From NCBI RefSeq assembly GCF_006345805.1, contig NC_043012.1, forward strand, positions 38,254,001 through 38,318,000: a stretch of DNA of 64,000 nucleotides, in the 5' to 3' direction. Source of the DNA: Octopus sinensis. Its lineage: Eukaryota. How positions within the stretch are numbered: the first letter of the stretch is position 1; every line of letters starts with the position of its first letter. Below the pieces are notes generated by a model. It was not told the DNA's origin and did not search any database. It was given only the letters and a program-made list of their open reading frames with translations. The translations under genes and the position numbers were made by a program. Shown piece after piece: positions 36,865 through 50,000 of this stretch.

Positions 36865-37062
36865 TTCAAATTCTTGCCACAAGGGCAGCTTGGCGGAGGT
36901 GGGTGATGAGTCGATTACATCGAACCCAGTGTTTAACAGGTACTTATTTTAACGACCCTGAAAGGATGAAGGGTAAAATCGATCTCGGTGGGATTTGAAC
37001 TCAGATAGTAAATAGCTGGAAGGAATGGCGCTAAGCATTTTCTGCCTCGCACCAGCTCAATA
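36865..37062 (-). mobile_element. SINE head H1, degenerate
   Basis: CTGAGTTCAAATCCC..CGAGATCGATTTTACCCTTCATCCTTTC on the minus strand. Confidence 0.7.
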
Positions 37063-37107
37063 CTAATGATGATGATGATGATAATAATAATAATAATAAT
37101 AATAATG

Positions 37108-37179
<72 letters not shown>

Positions 37180-37512
37180 GTAATAAATGGTTTAATAATA
37201 ACTATAAAAACACTAAAAGTATTGTTCTGTTTGTTTAATGAGCCAATCTGTTTGGGCGGCAGATTTTTGGCAAATGCCTCCTCGATTCATGAAGTAATCG
37301 TTCAATCTCGTGTGTCTGTCGGTCAGACTTTCCCGGAGGTCACTTTTTGGCAAATGGCCGGGGTTTGTTAGGCACAAAGTGTGGATACGTTCAGTTGTAT
37401 GATGTCTTTGTTTATGCATGTGTGTATAAACACACGCAGACACAAACGCACAGACACACACACAAACTGACATACACACATACATTAACGAGCACGCGAA
37501 CAAGTACGCATA

Positions 37513-37587
<75 letters not shown>

Positions 37588-37736
37588 GTGTGTTTTGCGA
37601 AGCGGGATGAAAACGAAGGAAACCAAGTTCGATAAAATTGATAAAGAGTGAGATTGGACTGATGGGGCGAAATGTACGTATGTATATATCTATGTATGTC
37701 TGTATGCATATAACTATGTATGTATGTATGCTTGTA

Positions 37737-37813
<77 letters not shown>

Positions 37814-38059
37814 GCATATATAAATGTATAAATGTTTGTTTGTATGAATGACTGTATTTATATATGTACGTATATATACATATGAATGTGTGTATATATG
37901 TGCAGATATATATGTATACATATATATGCAAAGAGAAAAAGATTGAGAGAGAAAGGGTAAGAGAGAAATAACGAAGATTAGAGTGTGTTTGTGAAGGAGC
38001 GTACAGATAGAGATTCAAACAGTACAAGAATGAGAGAGAGAGATCCAGACTGCGATACG

Positions 38060-41000
38060 GAGAAGAAAACAGAGCGAGAAAGATTTAGAGAAGAAAAGAG
38101 AGTGAGAAAGATTTAGAGAAGAAAAGAGAGTGAAAAAGATTTAGAGAAGAAAAGAGAGTGAGAAAGATTTAGAGAAGAAAAGAGAGTGAGAAAGATTTAG
38201 AGAAGAAAAGAGAGTGAGAAAGATTTAGGGAAGAAAAGAGAGCGAGAAAGATTTAGAGAAGAAAAGAGAGCGAGAAAGAATTAGAGAAGAAAAGAGAGTG
38301 AGAAAGATTTAGAGAACAAAAGAGAGCGAGAAAGATTTAGAGAAGAAAAGAGAGTGAGAAAGATTTAGAGAAGAAAAGAGAGCGAGAAAGATTTAGAGAA
38401 GAAAAGAGAGCGAGAAAGATTTAGAGAAGAAAAGAGAGTGAGAAAGATTTAGAGAAGAAAAGAGAGCGAGAAAGATTTAGAGAAGAAAAGAGAGTGAGAA
38501 AGATTTAGAGAAGAAAAGAGAGTGAGAAAGATTTAGAGAAGAAAAGAGAGCGAGAAAGAATTAGAGAAGAAAAGAGAGCGAGAAAGATTTAGCGAAGAAA
38601 AGAGAGTGAGAAAGATTTAGAGAAGAAAAGAGAGCGAGAAAGATTTAGAGAAGAAAAGGGAGTGAGAAAGATTTAGAGAAGAAAAGAGAGTGAGAAAGAT
38701 TTAGAGAAGAAAAGAGAGTGAGAAAGATTTAAAGAAGAAAAGAGAGTGAGAAAGATTTAGAGAAGAAAAGAGAGCGAGAAAGATTTAGAGAAGAAAAGAG
38801 AGCGAGAAAGATTTAGAGAAGAAAAGAGAGTGAGAAAGATTTAGAGAAGAAAAGAGAGTGAGAAAGATATTTAGAGAAGAAAGAGAGTGAGAAAGATTTA
38901 GAGAAGAAAAGAGAGCGAGAAAGATTTAGAGAAGAAAAGAGAGTGAGAAAGATTTAGAGAAAAAGAGAGTGAGAAAGATTTAGAGAAGAAAGAGAGTGAG
39001 AAAGATTTAGAGAAGAAAAGAGAGTGAGAAAGATTTAGAGAAGAAAAGAGAGTGAGAAAGATTTAGAGAAGAAAGAGAGTGAGAAAGATTTAGAGAAGAA
39101 AAGAGTGAGAAAGATTTAGAGGAGAAAAGAGAGTGAGAAAGATTTAGAGAAGAAAAGAGTGAGAAAGATTTAGAGAAGAAAGAAGAGAGTGAGAAAAAGA
39201 ATTAGAGAAGAAAAGAGAGTGAGAAAGATTTAGAGAAGAAAAGAGAGCGAGAAAGATTTAGAGAAGAAAAGAGAGCGAGAAAGATTTAGCGAAGAAAAGA
39301 GAGTGAAAGATTTAGAGAAGAAAAGAAGCGAGAATATTTAGAGAGAAAAAAGAGAGTGAGAAAGATTTAGAGAAAGAGAAAAGAGTGAGAAAGATTTAAA
39401 GAAGAAAAGAGTGAGAAAGATTTAGAGAAGAAAAGAGAGCGAGAAAGATTTAGAGAAGAAAAGAGAGCGAGAAAGATTAGAGAAGAAAAGAGAGTGAAAA
39501 AGATTTAGAGAAAAAAAGAGTGAGAAAGATTTAGAGAAGAAAGAGAGTGAAAGATTTAGAAGAAAAAAGAGTGAGAAAGATTTAGAGAAGAAAAGAGAGT
39601 GAGAAGATTCAGAGAAGAAAGAGAGCGAGAAAGATTTAGAGAAGAAAAGAGAGTGAGAAAGATTAAAGAAGAAAAGAGAGTGAGAAAGATTTAGAGAAGA
39701 AAGAGAGCGAGAAAGATAGAGAAAAAAAGAGAGCGAGAAGATTTAGAGAAGAAAAGAGTGAGAAAGATTAGGAGAAGAAAAGAGAGCGAGAAGATTTAGA
39801 GAAGAAAGAGAGTGAGAAAGATTTAGAGAAGGAAAGAGAGTGAGAAAGATTTAGAGAAGAAAAGAGAGGGAGAAAGATTTAGAGAAGAAAAGAGAGTGAA
39901 AAAGATTTAGATAAGAAAAGAGAGTGAGAATGATTTAGAGTAGAAAAGAGAGTGAGAAAGATTTAGAGAAGAAAAGAGAGTGAGAAAGATTTAGAGAAGA
40001 AAAGTGAGTGAGAAAGATTTAGAGAAGAAAAGAGAGTGAGAAAGATTTAGAGAAGAAAAGAGAGTGAGAAAGATTTAAAGAAGAAAAGAGAGTGAGAAAG
40101 ATTTAGAGAAGAAAAGAGAGCGAGAAAGATTTAGAGAAGAAAAGAGAGCGAGAAAGATTTAGAGAAGAAAAGAGAGTGAGAAAGATTTAGAGAAGAAAAG
40201 AGAGTGAGAAAGATTTAGAGAAGAAAAGAGAGTGAGAAAGATTTAGAGAAGAAAAGAGAGTGAGAAGATTTAGAGAAGAAAAGAGATGAGAAAGATTCAG
40301 AGAAGAAAGAGAGAGAAATTTAGAGAAAAAAGAGAGTGAGAAAGATTTAAAGAAAAAGAGAGTGAGAAAGATTTAGAGAAGAAAGAGAGCGAGAAAGATT
40401 TAGAGAAAAAAGAGAGCGAGAAAGATTTAGAGAAGAAAAGAGAGTGAGAAGATTAGGAGAAGAAAAGAGAGCGAGAAAGAATTAGAGAAGAAAGAGAGCG
40501 AGAAAGATTTAGCGAAGAAAAGAGTGAGAAAGATTTAGAGAAGAAAAAAAGAGCGAGAAAGATTTAGAGAGAAAAGGTGATAAAATTTAGAGAAGAAAAG
40601 AGAGTGAGAAAGATTTAGAGAAGAAAAGAGAGTGAGAAAGATTTAAAGAAGAAAAAGAGTGAGAAAGATTTAGAGAAGAAGAGAGCGAGAAAGATTTAGA
40701 GAAGAAAAGAGAGCGAGAAAGATTTAGAGAAGAAAAGAGAGTGAGAAAGATTTAGAGAAGAAAAGAGAGTGAGAAAGATTTAGAGAAGAAAAGAGAGTGA
40801 GAAAGATTTAGAGAAGAAAAGAGAGCGAGAAAGATTTAGAGAAGAAAAGAGAGTGAGAAAGATTTAGAGAAGAAAAGAGAGTGAGAAAGATTTAGAGAAG
40901 AAAAGAGAGTGAGAAAGATTTAGAGGAGAAAAGAGAGTGAGAAAGATTTAGAGAAGAAAAGAGAGTGAGAAAGATTTAGAGAAGAAAAGAGAGTGAGAAA

Positions 41001-44000
41001 GATTTAGAGAAGAAAAGAGAGTGAGAAAGATTTAGAGAAGAAAAGAGAGTGAGAAAGATTTAGAGAAGAAAAGAGAGTGAGAAAGATTTAGAGAAGAAAA
41101 GAGAGCGAGAAAGATTTAGCGAAGAAAAGAGAGTGAGAAAGATTTAGAGAAGAAAGAGAGCGAGAATATTAGAGAAAAAAAAGAGAGTGAGAAAGATTTA
41201 GAGAAGAGAGAGTGAGAAAGATTTAAAGAAGAAAAGAGAGTGAGAAGATTTAGAGAAGAAAGAGAGCGAGAAAGATTTAGAGAAGAAAAGAGAGCGAGAA
41301 AGATTTAGAGAAGAAAGAGAGTGAGAAAGATTTAGAGAAGAAAAGAGAGTGAAAAGATTTAGAGAAGAAAAGAGAGTGAGAAAGATTTAAGAGAAGAAAA
41401 GAGAGTGAGAAAGATTTAGAGAAGAAAAGAGAGTGAGAAGAGATTCAGAGAAAAAAGAGAGTGAGAAAGATTTAGAGAAGAAAAGAGAGTGAGAAAGATT
41501 TAAAGAAGAAAAGAGAGTGAGAAAGATTTAGAGAAGAAAAGAGAGCGAGAAAGATTTAGAGAAAAAAAGAGAGCGAGAAAGATTTAGAGAAGAAAAGAGA
41601 GTGAGAAAGATTAGGAGAAGAAAAGAGAGCGAGAAAATTTAGAGAAGAAAAGAGAGTGAGAAAGATTTAGAGAAGGAAAGAGAGTGAGAAAGATTTAGAG
41701 AAGAAAGAGAGAAAGATTTAGAGAAGAAAAGAGAGTGAAAAAGATTTAGATAAGAAAGAGAGTGAGAATGATTTAGAGTAGAAAGAGAGTGAGAAAGATT
41801 TAGAGAAGAAAGAGAGTGAGAAAGATTTAGAGAAGAAAAGAGAGTGAGAAAGATTTAGAGAAGAAAAGAGAGTGAGAAAGATTTAAGAGAAAAGAGAGTG
41901 AGAAAGATTTAAAGAAGAAAAGAGACTGAGAAAGATTAGAGAAGAAAAGAGAGCGAGAAAGATTTAGAGAAAAAAGAAGCGAGAAAGATTTAGAGAAGAA
42001 AAGAGAGTGAGAATGATTTAGAGAAGAAAAGAGAGTGAGAAAGATTTAGAGAAAAAGAGAGTGAGAAAGATTTAGAGAAGAAAAGAGTGAGAAAGATTTA
42101 GAGAAGAAAAGAGAGTGAGAAAGATTCAGAGAAGAAAAGAGAGTGAGAAAGATTTAGAGAAGAAAAGAGATGAGAAAGATTTAAAGAAGAAAAGAGAGTG
42201 AAAGATTTAGAGAAGAAAAGAGAGCGAGAAAGATTTAGAGAAAAAAGAGAGCGAGAAAGATTTAGAGAAGAAAGAGAGTGAGAAAGATTAGAGAGAAAAG
42301 AGAGCGAGAAAGATTTAGAGAAGAAAGAGAGTGAGAAAGATTTAGAGAAGAAAGAGAGTGAGAAAGATTTAGAGAAGAAAAGAGAGGGAGAAAAGATTTA
42401 GAGAAGAAAAGAGAGTGAAAAAGATTTAGATAAGAAAAGAGAGTGAGAATGATTTAGAGTAGAAAAGAGAGTGAGAAAGATTTAGAGAAGAAAAGAGAGT
42501 GAGAAAGATTTAGAGAAGAAAAGAGAGTGAGAAAGATTTAGAGAAGAAAAGAGAGTGAGAAAGATTTAGAGAAGAAAAGAGAGTGAGAAAGATTTAAAGA
42601 AGAAAAGAGAGTGAGAAAGATTTAGAGAAGAAAAGAGAGCGAGAAAGATTTAGAGAAGAAAAGAGAGCGAGAAAGATTTAGAGAAGAAAAGAGAGTGAGA
42701 AAGATTTAGAGAAGAAAAGAGAGTGAGAAAGATTTAGAGAAGAAAAGAGAGCGAGAAGAATTAGAGAAGAAAAGAGTGAGAAAGATTTAGAGAAGAAAAG
42801 AGAGTGAGAAAGATTAGAGAAGAAAGAGAGTGAGAAAAGAATTAGAGAAGAAAGAGAGTGAGAAGATTTAGAAGAAAAGAGAGTGAGAAAGATTTAGAGA
42901 AGAAAAGAGAGTGAGAAAGATTTAGAGAAGAAAAGAGAGTGAGAAAGATTTAGAGAAGAAAAGAGAGTGAGAAAGATTTAGAGAAGAAAAGAGAGTGAGA
43001 AAGATTTAGAGAAGAAAAGACAGCGAGAAAGATTTAGAGAAGAAAAGAGAGTGAGAAAGATTTAGAGAAGAAAAGAGAGTGAGAAAGATTTAGAGAAGAA
43101 AAGAGAGTGAGAAAGAATTAGAGAAGAAAAGAGAGTGAGAAAGATTTAGAGAAGAAAAGAGAGGGAGAAAGATTTAGAGAAGAAAAGAGAGTGAGAAAGA
43201 TTTAGAGAAGAAAAGAGAGTGAGAAAGAATTAGAGAAGAAAAGAGAGTGAGAAAGATTTAGAAAAGAAAAGAGAGTGAGAAATATTTAGAGAAGAAAAGA
43301 GAGTGAGAAAGAATTAGAGAAGAAAAGAGAGTGAGAAAGATTTAGAGAAGAAAAGAGAGTGAGAAAGAATTAGAGAAGAAAAGAGAGTGAGAAAGATTTA
43401 GAAAAGAAAAGAGAGTGAGAAATATTTAGAGAAGAAAAGAGAGTGAGAAAGAATTAGAGAAGAAAAGAGAGTGAGAAAGATTTAGAGAAGAAAAGAGAGT
43501 GAGAAAGATTTAGAGAAGAAAAGAGAGTGAGAAAGATTTAGAGAAGAAAAGAGAGCGAGAAAGATTTAGAGAAGAAAAGAGAGCGAGAAAGATTTAGAGA
43601 AGAAAAGAGAGTGAGAAAGATTTAGAGAAGAAAAGAGAGTGAGAAAGATTTAGAGAAGAAAAGAGAGTGAGAAAGATTTAGAGAAGAAAAGAGAGTGAGA
43701 AAGATTTAGAGAAGAAAAGAGAGTGAGAAAGATTCAGAGAAGAAAAGAGAGTGAGAAAGATTTAGAGAAGAAAAGAGAGTGAGAAAGATTTAAAAGAGAA
43801 ACAGAGTGAGAAAGATTAGAGAAGAAAAGAGAGCGAGAAAGATTTAGAGAAAAAAGAGAGCGAGAAAGATTTAGAGAAGAAAAGAGAGTGAGAAAGATTA
43901 GGAGAAGAAAGAGAGCGAGAAAGATTTAGAGAAGAAAGAGAGTGAGAAAGATTTAGAGAAGGAAAGAGAGTGAGAAAGATTTAGAGAAGAAATAGAGGGA

Positions 44001-47000
44001 GAAAGATTTAGAGAAGAAAAGAGAGTGAAAAGATTTAGATAAGAAAGAGAGTGAGAATGATTTAGAGTAGAAAAGAGAGTGAGAAAGATTTAGAGAAGAA
44101 AAGAGAGTGAGAAAGATAGAGAAGAAAAGAAGTGAGAAAGATTTAGAGAAGAAAAGAGAGTGAGAAGATTTAGAGAAGAAAAGAGAGTGAGAAAGATTTA
44201 AGAAGAAAAGAGTGTGAGAAAGATTTAGAGAAGAAAAGAGAGCGAGAAAGATTTAGAGAAGAAAAGAGAGCGAGAAAGATTTAGAGAAGAAAAGAGAGTG
44301 AGAAAGATTTAGAGAAGAAAAGAGAGTGAGAAAGATTTAGAGAAGAAAAGAGAGCGAGAAAGAATTAGAGAAGAAAAGAGAGTGAGAAAGATTTAGAGAA
44401 GAAAAGAGAGTGAGAAAGATTTAGAGAAGAAAAGAGCGTGAGAAAGAATTAGAGAAGAAAAGTGAGTGAGAAAGATTTAGAGAAGAAAAGAGAGTGAGAA
44501 AGATTTAGAGAAGAAAAGAGAGTGAGAAAGATTTAGAGAAGAAAAGAGAGTGAGAAAGATTTAGAGAAGAAAAGAAGCGAAAAGAATTAGAAGAAAAGAG
44601 AGTGAGAAAGATTTAGAGAAGAAAAGAGAGTGAGAAAGATTTAGAGAAGAAAAGAGAGTGAGAAAGAATTAGAGAAGAAAAGAGAGTGAGAAAGATTTAG
44701 AGAAGAAAAGAGAGTGAGAAAGATTTAGAGAAGAAAAGAGAGTGAGAAAGATTTAGAAGAAAGAGAGTGAGAAAGATTTAGAGAAGAAAAGATAGTGAGA
44801 AAGATTTAGAGAGAAAAGAGAGTGAGAAAGATTTAGAGAAGAAAAGACAGCGAGAAAGATTTAGAGAAGAAAAAGAGCGAGAAAGATTTAGAGAAGAAAA
44901 GAGAGTGAGAAAGATTTAGAGAAGAAAAGAGAGTGAGAAAGATTAGAGAAGAAAAGAGAGTGAGAAAGATTTAGAGAAGAAAAGAGAGGGAGAAAGATTT
45001 AGAGAAGAAAAGAGAGCGAGAAAGATTTAGAGAAGAAAAGAGAGTGAGAACGAATTAGAGAAGAAAAGAGAGTGAGAAAGATTTAGAGAAGAAAAGAGAG
45101 TGAGAAAGAATTAGAGAAGAAAAGAGAGTGAGAAAGATTTAGAGAAGAAAAGAGAGGGAGAAAGATTTAGAGAAGAAAAGAGAGCGAGAAAGATTTAGAG
45201 AAGAAAAGAGAGTGAGAACGAATTAGAGAAGAAAGAGAGTGAGAAAGATTTAGAAAAGAAAGAGAGTGAGAAATATTTAGAGAAGAAAGAGAGTGAGAAA
45301 GAATTAGAGAAGAAAAGAGAGTGAGAAAGAATTAGAGAAGAAAGAGAGTGAGAAAGATTAAGAAGAAAGAGAGTGAGAAAGATTTAGAAAAGAAAAGAGA
45401 GTGAGAAATATTTAGAGAAGAAAGAGAGTGAGAAAGAATTAGAGAAGAAAAGAGAGTGAGAAAGATTTAGAGAAGAAAAGAGAGTGAGAAAGATTTAAAG
45501 AAGAAAAGAGAGTGAGAAAGATTTAGAGAAGAAAAGAGAGCGAGAAAGATTTAGAGAAGAAAAGAGAGCGAGAAAGATTTAGAGAAGAAAAGAGAGTGAG
45601 AAAGATTTAGAGAAGAAAAGAGAGTGAGAAAGATTTAGAGAAGAAAAGAGAGTGAGAAAGATTTAGAGAAGAAAAGAGAGTGAGAAAGATTCAGAGAAGA
45701 AAAGAGAGTGAGAAAGATTTAGAGAAGAAAAGAGAGTGAGAAAGATTTAAAGAAGAAAAGAGAGTGAGAAAGATTTAGAGAAGAAAAGAGAGCGAGAAAG
45801 ATTTAGAGAAAAAAAGAGAGCGAGAAAGATTTAGAGAAGAAAAGAGAGTGAGAAAGATTAGGAGAAGAAAAGAGAGCGAGAAAGATTTAGAGAAGAAAAG
45901 AGAGTGAGAAAGATTTAGAGAAGGAAAGAGAGTGAGAAAGATTTAGAGAAGAAAAGAGAGGGAGAAAGATTTAGAGAAGAAAAGAGAGTGAAAAAGATTT
46001 AGATAAGAAAAGAGAGTGAGAATGATTTAGAGTAGAAAAGAGAGTGAGAAAGATTTAGAGAAGAAAAGAGAGTGAGAAAGATTTAGAGAAGAAAAGAGAG
46101 TGAGAAAGATTTAGAGAAGAAAAGAGAGTGAGAAAGATTTAGAGAAGAAAAGAGAGTGAGAAAGATTTAAAGAAGAAAAGAGAGTGAGAAAGATTTAGAG
46201 AAGAAAAGAGAGCGAGAAAGATTTAGAGAAGAAAAGAGAGCGAGAAAGATTTAGAGAAGAAAGAGAGTGAGAAAGATTTAGAGAAGAAAAGAGAGTGAGA
46301 AGATTTAGAGAAGAAAAGAGAGCGAGAAGATTAGAGAAGAAAAGAGAGTGAGAAAGATTTAGAGAAGAAAAGAGAGTGAGAAAGATTTAGAGAAGAAAAG
46401 AGCATGAGAAAGAATTAGAGAAGAAAAGTGAGTGAGAAAGATTTAGAGAAGAAAGAGAGTGAGAAAGATTTAGAGAAAAAAGAGAGTGAGAAAGATTAGA
46501 GAAGAAAAGAGAGTGAGAAAGATTTAGAGAAGAAAAGAGAGTGAGAAAGATTTAGAGAAGAAAAGAGAGTGAGAAAGATTTAGAGAAGAAAAGAGAGGGA
46601 GAAAGATTTAGAGAAGAAAAGAGAGTGAGAAAGATTTAGAGAAGAAAAGAGAGTGAGAAAGAATTAGAGAAGAAAAGAGAGTGAGAAAGATTTAGAAAAG
46701 AAAAGAGAGTGAGAAATATTTAGAGAAGAAAAGAGAGTGAGAAAGAATTAGAGAAGAAAAGAGAGTGAGAAAGATTTAGAGAAGAAAAGAGAGTGAGAAA
46801 GATTTAGAGAAGAAAAGAGAGTGAGAAAGATTTAAAGAAGAAAAGAGAGTGAGAAAGATTTAGAGAAGAAAAGAGAGCGAGAAAGATTTAGAGAAGAAAA
46901 GAGAGCGAGAAAGATTTAGAGAAGAAAAGAGAGTGAGAAAGATTTAGAGAAGAAAAGAGAGTGAGAAAGATTTAGAGAAGAAAAGAGAGTGAGAAAGATT

Positions 47001-50000
47001 TAGAGAAGAAAAGAGAGTGAGAAAGATTTAGAGAAGAAAAGAGAGTGAGAAAGATTTAGAGAAGAAAAGAGAGTGAGAAAGATTTAGAGAAGAAAAGAGA
47101 GTGAGAAAGATTTAAAGAAGAAAAGAGAGTGAGAAAGATTTAGAGAAGAAAAGAGAGCGAGAAAGATTTAGAGAAGAAAAGAGAGTGAGAAAGATTAGGA
47201 GAAGAAAAGAGAGCGAGAAAGATTTAGAGAAGAAAAGAGAGTGAGAAAGATTTAGAGAAGGAAAGAGAGTGAGAAAGATTTAGAGAAGAAAAGAGAGGGA
47301 GAAAGATTTAGAGAAGAAAATAGAGTGAAAAAGATTTAGATAAGAAAAGAGAGTGAGAATGATTTAGAGTAGAAAAGAGCGTGAGAAAGATTTAGAGAAG
47401 AAAAGAGAGTGAGAAAGATTTAGAGAAGAAAAGAGAGTGAGAAAGATTTAGAGAAGAAAAGAGAGTGAGAAAGATTTAGAGAAGAAAGAGAGTGAGAAGA
47501 TTTAAAGAAGAAAAGAGGTGAAAAGATTTAGAGAAGAAAGAGAGCGAGAAAGATTTAGAGAAGAAAAGAGAGTGAGAAAGAATTAGAGAGAAAAAAGAGA
47601 GTGAGAAGATTTAGAGAAGAAAAGAGAGTGAGAAAGTGTAGAGAAGAAAAGAGAGTGAGAAAGATTTAGAGAAGAAAAGAGAGTGAGAAAGATTTAGAGA
47701 AGAAAGAGAGCGAGAAGATTTAGCGAGAAGAAAAGAGAGTGAGAAAGATTTAGAGAAGAAAAGAGAGCGAGAAAGATTTAGAGAAGAAAAGAGAGTGAGA
47801 AAGATTTAGAGAAGAAAAGAGAGTGAGAAAGATTTAGAGAAGAAAAGAGAGTGAGAAAGATTTAAAGAAGAAAAGAGAGTGAGAAATATTTAGAGAAGAA
47901 AGAGAGCGAGAAAGATTTAGAGAAGAATAGAGAGCGAGAAAGATTTAGAGAAGAAAAGAGAGTGAGAAGATTTAGAGAAGAAAAGAGTGAGAAAAGATTT
48001 AGAGAAGAAAAGAGAGTGAGAAAGATTTAGAGAAGAAAAGAGAGCGAGAAAGATTTAGAGAAGAAAAGAGAGTGAGAAAGATTAGAGAAGAAAGAGAGTG
48101 AGAAATATTTTGAGAAGAAAAGAGAGTGAGAAAGATTTAGAGAAGAAAAGAGTGTGAGAAAGATTTAGGGAAGAAAAGAGAGTGAGAAAGATTTAGAGAA
48201 GAAAAGAGAGTGAGAAAGATTTAGAGAAGAAAAGAGAGTGAGAAAGATTTAGAGAAGAAAAGAGAGTGAGAAAGAATTAGAGAAGAAAAGAGAGTGAGAA
48301 AGATTTAGAGAAGAAAAGAGAGCGAGAAAGATTTAGAGAAGAAAAGAGAGTGAGAAAGATTTAGAGAAGAAAAGAGAGTGAGAAAGATTTAGAGAAGAAA
48401 AGAGAGTGAGAAAGATTTAGAGAAGAAAAGAGAGTGAGAAAGATTTAGAGAAGAAAAGAGAGTGAGAAAGATTAGAGAAGAAAAGAGAGTGAGAAAGATT
48501 TAGAGAAGAAAAGAGAGCGAGAAAGATTTAGAGAAGAAAAGAGAGCGAGAAAGATTTAGAGAAGAAAAGAGAGCGAGAAAGATTTAGAGAAGAAAAAAGA
48601 GTGAGAAAGATTTAGAGAAGAAAAGAGAGTGAGAAATATTTAGAGAAGAAAAGAGAGTGAGAAAGATTTAGAGAAGAAAAGAGAGTGAGAAAGATTTAGA
48701 GAAGAAAAGAGAGTGAGAAAGATTCAGAGAAGAAAAGAGAGTGCGAAAGATTTAGAGAAGAAAAAGAGTGGAAAGATTTAGAGAAGAAAAGAGAGTGAGA
48801 AAGATTTAGAGAAGAAAGAGAGTGAAAGATTTAGAGAAGAAAAGAGAGTGAGAAAAGATTTAGAGAAGAAAAGAGAGTGAGAAAGATTTAAAGAAGAAAA
48901 GAGAGTGAGAAAGATTTAGAGAAGAAAAGAGCGAGAAAGATTTAGAGAAGAAAAAGAGCGAGAAAGATTTAGAGAAGAAAAAGAGAGTGAGAAAGATAGG
49001 AGAAGAAAAGAGAGCGAGAAAGATTTAGAGAAGAAAGAGAGTGAGAAAGATTTAGAGAAGAAAAGAGAGTGAAAAAGATTTAGAGAAGAAAAGAGAGTGA
49101 GAATGATTTAGAGTAGAAAAGAGAGTGAGAAAGATTAGAGAAGAAAAAAGAGAGTGAGAAAGATTTAGAGAAGAAAAGAGAGTGAGAAAGATTTAGAGAA
49201 GAAAAGAGAGAGAAAGATTTAGAGAAGAAAAGAGAGTGAGAAAGATTAAGAAGAAAGAGAGTGAGAAAGATTTAGAGAAGAGAGAGTGAGAAGGAGAAAG
49301 ATTTAGAGAAGAAAAGAGAGCGAGAAAGATTTAGAGAAGAAAAGAGAGCGAGAAAGATTTAGAGAAGAAAAGAGAGCGAGAAAGATTTAGAGAAAAAAAG
49401 AGAGCGAGAAAGATTTAGAGAAGAAATGAGAGTGAGAAAGATTAGGAGAAGAAAAGAGAGCGAGAAAGATTTAGAGAAGAAAAGAGAGTGAGAAAGATTT
49501 AGAGAAGGAAAGAGAGTGAGAAAGATTTAGAGAAGAAAAGAGAGGGAGAAAGATTTAGAGAAGAAAAGAGAGTGAAAAAGATTTAGATAAGAAAAGAGTG
49601 TGAGAAATGATTTAGAGTAGAAAAGAGAGTGAGAAAGATTTAGAGAAGAAAAGAGAGTGAGAAAGATTTAGAGAAGAAAAGAGAGTGAGAAAGATTTAGA
49701 GAAGAAAAGAGAGTGAGAAAGATTTAGAGAAGAAAAGAGAGTGAGAAAGATTTAAAGAAGAAAAGAGAGTGAGAAAGATTTAGAGAAGAAAAGAGAGCGA
49801 GAAAGATTTAGAGAAGAAAAGAGAGCGAGAAAGATTTAGAGAAGAAAAGAGAGTGAGAAAGATTTAGAGAAGAAAAGAGAGTGAGAAAGATTTAGAGAAG
49901 AAAAGAGAGTGAGAAAGATTTAGAGAAGAAAAGAGAGTGAGAAAGATTTAGAGAAGAAAGAGAGTGAGAAGATTTAGAGAAGAAAAGAGAGTGAGAAAGA